Shown here piece by piece: positions 8,439 to 15,342 of a stretch of DNA of 25,915 nt. The position numbers and the translations under genes are program-made. Below the pieces are notes generated by a model. The model made no database searches. It was not told the origin of the DNA and was given only the letters and a program-made list of their open reading frames with translations. Where the stretch lies: IMG/VR virus record IMGVR_UViG_3300025838_000112, positions 1 to 25,915 of that record, one strand, 5' to 3'. Numbering within the stretch: position 1 is the stretch's first letter; every line of letters begins with the position of its first letter. This DNA is from a virus. Lineage: Duplodnaviria > Caudoviricetes.

Positions 8439-8465
8439 ATGGCAAAGAAAAAGAAAGGTTGTTGA
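8439..8465 (+). CDS. Possible 8-aa micro-ORF MAKKKKGC
   Basis: ATG GCA AAG AAA AAG AAA GGT TGT TGA. There is no SD, but the A/C-rich upstream context resembles other starts in this window. Confidence 0.3.
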   Translation: MAKKKKGC

Positions 8466-8471
8466 AAGTAG

Positions 8472-8496
8472 GGCGGGAACTGTAATAGCTTCCGCC
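8472..8496 (+). promoter_or_regulatory. Hairpin immediately 5' of the tRNA
   Basis: GGCGGGA...TTCCGCC stem ending 6 nt before tRNA base 1. No U-tract. Confidence 0.4.
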
Positions 8497-8502
8497 TGAA
8501 AT

Positions 8503-8585
8503 GTATTGGTGGGTGAGTGGTTAAAACCGTAGGTCTGTAAAACCTATTCCTTCGGGATTCGCTGGTTCAAATCCAGCCCAATACA
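8503..8585 (+). tRNA. tRNA-Tyr (anticodon GTA), type II with long variable arm, CCA not encoded
   Basis: Acceptor GTATTGG/CCAATAC with discriminator A. D arm GGT..ACC with GG in the loop. Anticodon arm TAGGT-CTGTAAA-ACCTA (GTA at 8537-8539). Variable arm TCC-TTCG-GGA. T arm GCTGG-TTCAAAT-CCAGC. Followed by CAA, not CCA. Confidence 0.95.
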
Positions 8586-8615
8586 CAAGTCTCATTAATC
8601 CTACATCCCTGCATC

Positions 8616-8804
8616 ATGAGAACATGGCTTTACCACAAAACACTACCAGCGGCTATCTATGACAAAAGCAAAGACGATATGGAAAAACTTCATAACGACG
8701 GCTGGCGTGACAGTCCATCGGCTTTTGTTTCGGATAAACATCGTTCTATACCTATTCTGGAATTACCTGTAGTAAAACCTATCGCAACAAAGAAGAAAAT
8801 ATGA
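8616..8804 (+). CDS. Small phage protein of the head-completion region
   Basis: 'RTWLYH...GWRDSP' resembles small ORFs found after the coat gene in P22-like phages. ATGA overlap with the next gene. Confidence 0.75.
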   Translation: MRTWLYHKTLPAAIYDKSKDDMEKLHNDGWRDSPSAFVSDKHRSIPILELPVVKPIATKKKI

Positions 8805-9505
8805 CTGTAACTGATATTATGAAAATGTCGCTAAGCTTGATCGGTGTTCTTGCTGATGGAGAAGATGCTGATACATCAATGTTGAACTCCGCGCTGGCAT
8901 TTTTTAAGATAATGCTTAACACTTGGAGCGCCGATAATCTTATAATTCCGGTGATATCGAGGGATACATTCACATCTCTACCACAAACACAGGTCGTAAC
9001 GATAGGGCCGAGTATGGACTTGCCTTTACCGATCTGTCCTATAGCGGTAGAGGGGATAACAATAACTGGGAGCGATGAGGTTAATTATGATCTTATCCCT
9101 ATAGCGGAAGAGGTTATTCGGTCACAGAGCAACACACTTATAAACGTTATTCCTAAGTATTATAGTTTCTTGCAAGGAGATACGACAGCAAGTATCCTTT
9201 TTTCTTCATCTCCCAGCTCGGGACTTAGCATTTCAATTCGATCATTAAAGCCTTTTGATACGTCGTTCTCTTTGACTGACAATGTAATCCTCCCTCCAGC
9301 CTACCAAATGCCGATCGTTTATGGGTTGTCGGTATTGTTGAGTCCAAAATACGGGAAGAGACTTGACCAGACAATAGCCGCTGCCGCGGTATCTTCTTAT
9401 GATATGGTTAAAAATCGAAACTCTCATCTCAGGGAATCACCACCAATGCGAATGGATGCGGGAATGCCCGGCGTATGTCGGTATCCATTCAACAGAGGAT
9501 ATTAA
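8801..9505 (+). CDS. Head-to-tail adaptor (P22 gp4-like)
   Basis: 'TVTDIMKMSLSLIGVLADGE...AL..F..ML.TWS' and 'LPPAYQMPIVYGLSVLLSPKYG', plus synteny. Confidence 0.85.
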   Translation: MTVTDIMKMSLSLIGVLADGEDADTSMLNSALAFFKIMLNTWSADNLIIPVISRDTFTSLPQTQVVTIGPSMDLPLPICPIAVEGITITGSDEVNYDLIPIAEEVIRSQSNTLINVIPKYYSFLQGDTTASILFSSSPSSGLSISIRSLKPFDTSFSLTDNVILPPAYQMPIVYGLSVLLSPKYGKRLDQTIAAAAVSSYDMVKNRNSHLRESPPMRMDAGMPGVCRYPFNRGY

Positions 9506-10980
9506 TGAGCGTCGCTCCAATACAGTTTGCGGTATCGTCCAGCGAAGGAAGAAGTGAGCTGGTGAATGGTTCTCGTCTCGTAAACTTTTTCACTGAGACA
9601 CTCCCGCCGGACAGTAAAGAGCCTTCGGTACTATATGGAACTCCGGGACAAAACCTTTTCTCAACTCTACCAACAAGTCCTGTCTTGGCTTTGATTGTTC
9701 TAACAGAACTTCTCTATGCCGTTACATCCACAAGATTGTACAGCGTTTCCTCCAGTGGCGTTCATATTGATCTCGGATTGGTAACCCTTTCTGGGAACGT
9801 GAGTATTGCATCAAACGGAAAATCCATAGCCTTTGTTGACGGGGTGAATGGATATTATTACAGTGTTGCTGGCGGGTTACATCAATTTTCAGGCGACGGA
9901 TGGTATCCTGCGAATACAGTGTGTTGCCAGGACGATTATTTCATATTCAACCGAAAGGGAACCGGTCAGTTTTTCTTTACTGGGATACTTGACGTTACCC
10001 TTGATCCTCTTGATTACGCTACAGCAGAGGCATCACCAGACAATACTTTAGCGATATTCTCAGACCAGAGTTCTATCTGGATATTTGGAGAGAAAAGTAT
10101 TGAAATCTGGTATAATGACGGCATTACTCCCTGGGCAAGAATGCATGGCGCTTACATTGAGCGCGGAATATCGGCACCTTACAGTGGCGTTAAGATGGAC
10201 AATAGCCTGTTTTTTGTTGGAGATAATGGTGTTGTCTACCGAACGTCAGGGTATAGCGTTGTACGTGTAAGTACTCACTCTATAGAGTATGAGTTTCTTC
10301 GTGGAAATACATCGAACGCGTATGCTTACTCATACTCTAATGAGGGTCATGTATTCTATGTTCTCACTATTCCAGACATAGAGAGGACGTGTGTTTATGA
10401 TACTGCCACAGGGTTGTGGCATGAGCGTTCTCACTCCATCTATGGACGGCACAATGGAAAGTGCTATGTGAGATGCTACGGATTGCATCTTATTGGCGAT
10501 TTCCAGAACGGGAATATCTCGTCATTGGATATGCAAGCTTATACGGATAATGGAACGACGATCATTCGGGAAGCTGTTGCGCCAGTTATTCATCGCATGA
10601 TGAATAGAGTGTCCATGAATGAGTTCACTATGGATGTATCCTTTGAACTCCAAGGGGTAAACGATGGCTCGCATTTCGAGTTTGAAGATTGGAGTGGATA
10701 TCTTTTGCTTGAGGATGGGAACGAACTCCTTGCGAGTACGTCGAGTGATGATGGAATAAATTTAACACCAACCATAGGATTTCAATGGTCAGATGATGGA
10801 ACTTTCTCCTGGTCAAAGATTCGAACAAAAGAGTTCTCCTCTGTTGACGGGAGGATAAAACTTGTTCGATGGTTTTCATTGGGGCAATTTATTCAACGAC
10901 ATATTAAGATAACCGTATCAGATTCCGGCCCTATTACAGTCGCAGGGGCATACACTAAATTAGTTCAAGATGACAATTGA
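9505..10980 (+). CDS. Tail hub / DNA stabilisation protein (P22 gp10-like)
   Basis: 'LYGTPG', 'LDYATAEASPD', 'FGEKSIEIW', 'RVSTHSIE', 'YDTATGLWHER' and 'WSDDGTFSWS'. Start reassigned to ATG 9505 (TAATG overlap, AGAGGA SD). Confidence 0.92.
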   Translation: MSVAPIQFAVSSSEGRSELVNGSRLVNFFTETLPPDSKEPSVLYGTPGQNLFSTLPTSPVLALIVLTELLYAVTSTRLYSVSSSGVHIDLGLVTLSGNVSIASNGKSIAFVDGVNGYYYSVAGGLHQFSGDGWYPANTVCCQDDYFIFNRKGTGQFFFTGILDVTLDPLDYATAEASPDNTLAIFSDQSSIWIFGEKSIEIWYNDGITPWARMHGAYIERGISAPYSGVKMDNSLFFVGDNGVVYRTSGYSVVRVSTHSIEYEFLRGNTSNAYAYSYSNEGHVFYVLTIPDIERTCVYDTATGLWHERSHSIYGRHNGKCYVRCYGLHLIGDFQNGNISSLDMQAYTDNGTTIIREAVAPVIHRMMNRVSMNEFTMDVSFELQGVNDGSHFEFEDWSGYLLLEDGNELLASTSSDDGINLTPTIGFQWSDDGTFSWSKIRTKEFSSVDGRIKLVRWFSLGQFIQRHIKITVSDSGPITVAGAYTKLVQDDN

Positions 10981-12160
10981 GGCTTATAATGGGATTTCAA
11001 TTATAGCCCCACTCAGCATGCCTATTGTTGATCCAACGACAGGCATGCCTTCAAAGGCTTTCTCCGACTTCATCTTTAATATGAGCTTGTATGCTTCGCA
11101 GACAGCGGGGAATACAACTAATATATCAAATGTTGATAACTCTGTTGGAGCTCTGACGATTACGACGGGAAATCTTAGCAATACGGTAGGTGACATTACA
11201 ACAACATTTACGAACGATATAACAAATATTGGTAATGCGATAACGACGACCAATACAGCGGTAACGAATCTAACCGAGACGGTAGCGGGGAATACCGCGG
11301 CCCTCTCTATTGAATCTGATGCACGAGCTACGGCTGATATAGCTATTGCTGGGACGGTAACAACAATAACGGCGACTGTAAATAACCCAACGACTGGACT
11401 TGCTGCCGCACAGACAAAGATAACGACTGAAATATCCGCAAGGGCCAGTGCTGACACTGCTATTGCAGCATCAGTCACAACGCTATCAGCGCAAGTAAAT
11501 GACGTGTCAACAGGCTTGCCGAAGACTAGAGCAGATATCGCGACTGAAATATCCGCAAGGGCCAGTGCTGACACTGCTATTGCAGCATCAGTAACAACGC
11601 TGTCGACAACGGTCGCCTCTCATACAACAAGCATAACCGAATTTTCGGCATCCATAGACGGAATGGAGGGACGTTGGGGTGTTGTTGTTAATGGTGATGG
11701 GCATGTGACGGGGATTCAGCTTATTGGGAGTCCAACAGGAGGCACGTTCATTATTGATGCGGACGTTATCATTAACGGATCTTTAACAACTTCGAAAATT
11801 GCTAACAATGCCGTGAGTTATCCTATAACGGCAACAGTACCGTCAACAGGGTATAGTTATGGCCCAGCTACTCTATGCTCATTCACTGTAACAACAAATG
11901 CTGCAGGGTTCATTTTTGCCATTGTCTCGATTGAGCAAAACTTTTCAGCACTTACAGGTGCTAATTGGGCTTATACCTTAAGAATAGACGGTACAATTGT
12001 CGCTTCTAATTGGGGTACAGTTCCGGGTGACAGTGTCTGTATAAGTGGGTCGAAAACGGTCTCAGGTGCCGGGACGTACACCGTAGTTCTTCAGGCTCAA
12101 ACAGGGCCTTACGTTTCGATTCAGGGAGGAAATATTACTGCAATGGGATTTGTGAAATGA
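10970..12160 (+). CDS. Tail needle / central spike (gp26 position) with long coiled coil and C-terminal beta domain
   Basis: N-terminal 'PIVDPTTG...FSDFIF' anchor, T/A-rich coiled-coil repeats (EISARASADTAIAASVTTL) and a C-terminal beta-rich tip. Confidence 0.75.
   Translation: MTIEAYNGISIIAPLSMPIVDPTTGMPSKAFSDFIFNMSLYASQTAGNTTNISNVDNSVGALTITTGNLSNTVGDITTTFTNDITNIGNAITTTNTAVTNLTETVAGNTAALSIESDARATADIAIAGTVTTITATVNNPTTGLAAAQTKITTEISARASADTAIAASVTTLSAQVNDVSTGLPKTRADIATEISARASADTAIAASVTTLSTTVASHTTSITEFSASIDGMEGRWGVVVNGDGHVTGIQLIGSPTGGTFIIDADVIINGSLTTSKIANNAVSYPITATVPSTGYSYGPATLCSFTVTTNAAGFIFAIVSIEQNFSALTGANWAYTLRIDGTIVASNWGTVPGDSVCISGSKTVSGAGTYTVVLQAQTGPYVSIQGGNITAMGFVK
11424..11592 (+). repeat. 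52-bp perfect direct repeat (period 117 bp = 39 aa) within the needle gene
   Basis: CGACTGAAATATCCGCAAGGGCCAGTGCTGACACTGCTATTGCAGCATCAGT occurs at 11424-11475 and 11541-11592. Confidence 0.9.
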
Positions 12161-12561
12161 AATATTCAATCTACGATACATCCGGAAAGGTCCTCTGGGT
12201 CATAGACTGCCATCCAGATCATATAGAAAGCCAAGTACAAGATGGTGTATTGAGATATGTCGAAGGAGATTATCTGGAACATCAAATAAGTAATGGGAGA
12301 GCATGTCTACTCCCGGTTAAGCCATCACAGTTTCATGAATGGGACTATGAGGGAAGGTGTTGGACGGTTGATGAAGCAGCAGTCGCCATAATCATTCGTA
12401 AGAAAAGAGCAGAACTTATTTCCGCGTCAGACTGGACACAAGGGAAAGATATTTCTGATGATGTGTCAAAGAGATGGGTCGGTTATAGGCAATCTCTTAG
12501 AGATATAACCACTCAAAAAGGCTTCCCCTTGGTTATCACTTGGCCTGAAATCCCCGCATGA
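12157..12561 (+). CDS. Tail fibre/spike assembly chaperone
   Basis: C-terminal 'RKKRAELISASDWTQ..D......W..YRQSLRDITTQKGFP..ITWPEIP' is the Tfa / tail assembly chaperone signature. ATGA overlap with the previous gene. Confidence 0.88.
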   Translation: MKYSIYDTSGKVLWVIDCHPDHIESQVQDGVLRYVEGDYLEHQISNGRACLLPVKPSQFHEWDYEGRCWTVDEAAVAIIIRKKRAELISASDWTQGKDISDDVSKRWVGYRQSLRDITTQKGFPLVITWPEIPA

Positions 12562-12570
12562 TATAATAGG

Positions 12571-12602
12571 CCGTTTTTTCCCCAGGCAACACTCTCGATA
12601 TT
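12571..12602 (+). promoter_or_regulatory. Candidate late promoter, copy 3 (ejection-protein block)
   Basis: CCGTTTT-N19-GATATT in the intergenic gap. Confidence 0.55.
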
Positions 12603-12646
12603 CAGTTATGAACGTATCAAGAGCAATATAAAAAGGTACCGCAAGT

Positions 12647-13108
12647 ATGGAAGAATCTCCTATAGGCATGGAATGTCTATCAAACATAAATGATATATCC
12701 GTAGCTAAACGAGAAGCAATCCTCATTCTTGAAGCAGAGATGATGAAGCTTGAGCAAGTAAAAATAGAGACTTTTCACCATTTCTCTGAAGGAATATATG
12801 TCAGAGAGATAAGAGTGCCTGCAGGGGTACTTATCACAGGGAAAATTCACAAGTACAAAACTCTAAACATGCTGGTTTCCGGCAAGATGAGAATAGTGAC
12901 GGAAGACGTCGATGTCATTGTCACAGCTCCACAGACGTTCATTTCTTTGCCGGGGATAAAAAAGCTCGGGTATGCCATAGAAGACTCAGTGTTCCTTAAC
13001 GTTTTGGCTACTGATCTAACGGATATAGGAGAGATTGAAAAGCACTTTGTAACTAATGACTATAACGAGATTAACCCACAGGAGGATAAGACATGGCTTT
13101 TGTCGTAG
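12647..13108 (+). CDS. Cupin-fold phage protein
   Basis: 'HHFSEGIYVREIRVPAGVLITGKIHK...NMLVSG...APQTFISLPGIKKLGYAIEDSVFLNV' fits a double-stranded beta-helix. Confidence 0.75.
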   Translation: MEESPIGMECLSNINDISVAKREAILILEAEMMKLEQVKIETFHHFSEGIYVREIRVPAGVLITGKIHKYKTLNMLVSGKMRIVTEDVDVIVTAPQTFISLPGIKKLGYAIEDSVFLNVLATDLTDIGEIEKHFVTNDYNEINPQEDKTWLLS

Positions 13109-14325
13109 CAGCAATAGTAACGGCTGGAGTCATAGGCGCCGGAGCGACAATATACGCAGCAAACAAACAAATCGATGCCTCGGCAAATGCTTCTAATGCA
13201 CAGATTACCGCGAACGATAAAGCGATAGCTTTGCAGCAGCAAGAGTATGCCGACACGGTTGCCAGAAATAAGCCATGGTACGATGCGGGGACAACGGCAC
13301 TAACGAAACTGCAAGCAGGAGTATCCAGCGGAGCTTACGATCCCGGAGTGTTCACGCCGACGGTGCAAAGCGATACCCCGTTCGTTGCTCCTACGAATAC
13401 CGTGAAAGGATTTACCTCTCCTGTTCAACCGATGGCGGCATTTGCTCCAACCACTCCAGTAATGGGACAGTTTTCACAAACAAATGATCCAGGAGTCTTG
13501 AATACAAGCAGTATTCCTGATCCGGGAACATTCTCAGGAAAGGTTGACCTTAATGCAGATCCCGGATACCAGTTCAGGCAGCAACAAGGGCAACTTGCTC
13601 TTGACAAAACAGCGGCAGCGAGAGGACTTGTAGAATCAGGATCACAGCAGAAGGCTATAGCGGGGTATTCTCAGGGACTGGCGTCTCAGGAATACCAGAA
13701 CGCGTACAACAGGGCATATACAGAGTACGGCACTACCGTTGATCAGTACGGAAGAAAGGTTGGCGCAATGACCGCGGACTATAATTCCAAAGTTAACCAA
13801 CAAAATATGCTGTACAACGAAGCTATTCAGGCGTACAACGCGAATCTGAATCAAAATAATTTGGCATATAACCACGAAAACACGACGTATAATACGAACC
13901 TTTCCGCGAATAATCAGAATTTCAATCAAGGACTTCAGGAGTATAATGCTAACCTTGCTGGACAGGGGCAAAATTATAACGAGGCATTATCGACGTATAA
14001 TACAAACCTGTCGCAACAACAGCAACTATACAATCAACAACTCCAAGAATTTTCGACAAATGCGGCTTCCAAGAACCAGAACTATAACAACCTTCTAACA
14101 TTATCAAATGTTGGGCAGATAGCCGCAGGACAGATAAATAATACGAATGCGAATACAACAAACGCCACAAGTAACTTGCTGGCTTCCAATGGGAACTCTC
14201 TTGCAAATATGTTCACAGGACAAGCCGCGGCCACGTCGGCAGGTGTCGGCGGTGTAGCGACATCATTAAACCAAGGGCTGCAGAACTATCTCCTGTCAAA
14301 TTATTTGAAAAATAAGGTCTCCTAA
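13093..14325 (+). CDS. DNA ejection (pilot) protein 1, P22 gp7-like
   Basis: GGAGG SD, hydrophobic G/A-rich N-terminus, 'PWYDAGTTAL', 'DPGYQFRQQQG...AAARG...SG...KA...YSQGLASQEYQNAYNR' and an N/Q-rich helical body. Confidence 0.85.
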   Translation: MAFVVAAIVTAGVIGAGATIYAANKQIDASANASNAQITANDKAIALQQQEYADTVARNKPWYDAGTTALTKLQAGVSSGAYDPGVFTPTVQSDTPFVAPTNTVKGFTSPVQPMAAFAPTTPVMGQFSQTNDPGVLNTSSIPDPGTFSGKVDLNADPGYQFRQQQGQLALDKTAAARGLVESGSQQKAIAGYSQGLASQEYQNAYNRAYTEYGTTVDQYGRKVGAMTADYNSKVNQQNMLYNEAIQAYNANLNQNNLAYNHENTTYNTNLSANNQNFNQGLQEYNANLAGQGQNYNEALSTYNTNLSQQQQLYNQQLQEFSTNAASKNQNYNNLLTLSNVGQIAAGQINNTNANTTNATSNLLASNGNSLANMFTGQAAATSAGVGGVATSLNQGLQNYLLSNYLKNKVS

Positions 14326-14352
14326 TCGAAAACCAATTTAATACGACAAAAC

Positions 14353-15342
14353 ATGCCGGCGAACCAGTATGGAATAGATATGGGGGAGGTTGTAAACGCC
14401 AATCATCTCTACCAAGACGATCAAATGAAACAGCAGGTTCTTAATGCTGCGAACAGCCGACAAAACTTGTTATGGAAATACGGAGATGCCGCTTCAACAG
14501 GAGATTCTGATGCTGTTAAAGCGTTTGCTATGCATTTCCCAAAGGAAGCACAAGAGGCGTTTGGCGCACTCAAAACAATGGATGATAATACGCTACAACA
14601 GGTCGCGCAAGCGAATGATTTCATGGGATCAGTGTCATTTCAGCTTCTTCATACCCCGTCGGAGAAGCAAGAGGATCTATATCAGTCAATAAAAGCACAG
14701 ATGCCTCCTTCTGTTCAATCGAAATTTCCTCAGAATTATGATGAGGATTGGGCGCAAACTCGACTTCACCTTGCCACAGGCACGAAAGCCTTGATTGATC
14801 AGGAGTTCAAGACCAGCGAAAGACAGGACACAGAAGACTTTAATGCAAACCAGAACGCATTGACAAGGCAAAATAGAGTGAAAATAGCTCAAACCCGTGC
14901 TGGAGGAGATGGTGCCGATGGGTCAACAAGAGTAACGACACAGGATTTGAGTGCAGCAACACACGCCGCAAACGGCCTTGTTGGTGGCACTGATAAGTAT
15001 GATGATGGGGGGACGAAAACCGGGACTGACTCTGCAAAGATGGCTCAATCTACCGCAATCATAAAGACTGCTGTTGATTTGAGGGCTCAAGGGGGGAACA
15101 AGAAACCTTTAGTCTATTATGTCGGGTTGGCGAATCAGCAGATTAATGGTGGTGGAGTGGCATCGCCTTCAAAAAATGTGACACCTATGCCGGCAAAATC
15201 TCAGGTAAAAAGTGGATCCCTCCCAGCGATAGGGAGTACTTACAAGGGGAAAACTGTATCGAATACAGGGATACAGAATTCGACAGGGAAGAGAGTTATT
15301 CAATATTCAGACGGGAGCAGTGAATATGCAGATCAACCCTAA
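14353..15342 (+). CDS. DNA ejection protein 2 (gp20 position)
   Basis: Lies between the gp7-like and giant proteins. Helical Q/A/D-rich body with a small C-terminal beta module 'GKRVIQYSDGSSEYAD'. Confidence 0.7.
   Translation: MPANQYGIDMGEVVNANHLYQDDQMKQQVLNAANSRQNLLWKYGDAASTGDSDAVKAFAMHFPKEAQEAFGALKTMDDNTLQQVAQANDFMGSVSFQLLHTPSEKQEDLYQSIKAQMPPSVQSKFPQNYDEDWAQTRLHLATGTKALIDQEFKTSERQDTEDFNANQNALTRQNRVKIAQTRAGGDGADGSTRVTTQDLSAATHAANGLVGGTDKYDDGGTKTGTDSAKMAQSTAIIKTAVDLRAQGGNKKPLVYYVGLANQQINGGGVASPSKNVTPMPAKSQVKSGSLPAIGSTYKGKTVSNTGIQNSTGKRVIQYSDGSSEYADQP

Noticed and set aside
8503-8585. tRNA as a prophage attachment site or host boundary
   Set aside because: Syntenic phage structural genes continue on both sides, and there is no integrase or duplicated tRNA 3' end in the window.
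10984-11574. 196-aa antisense ORF opposite the needle gene
   Set aside because: It mirrors the T/A repeat codons of the sense gene and has no independent signal.
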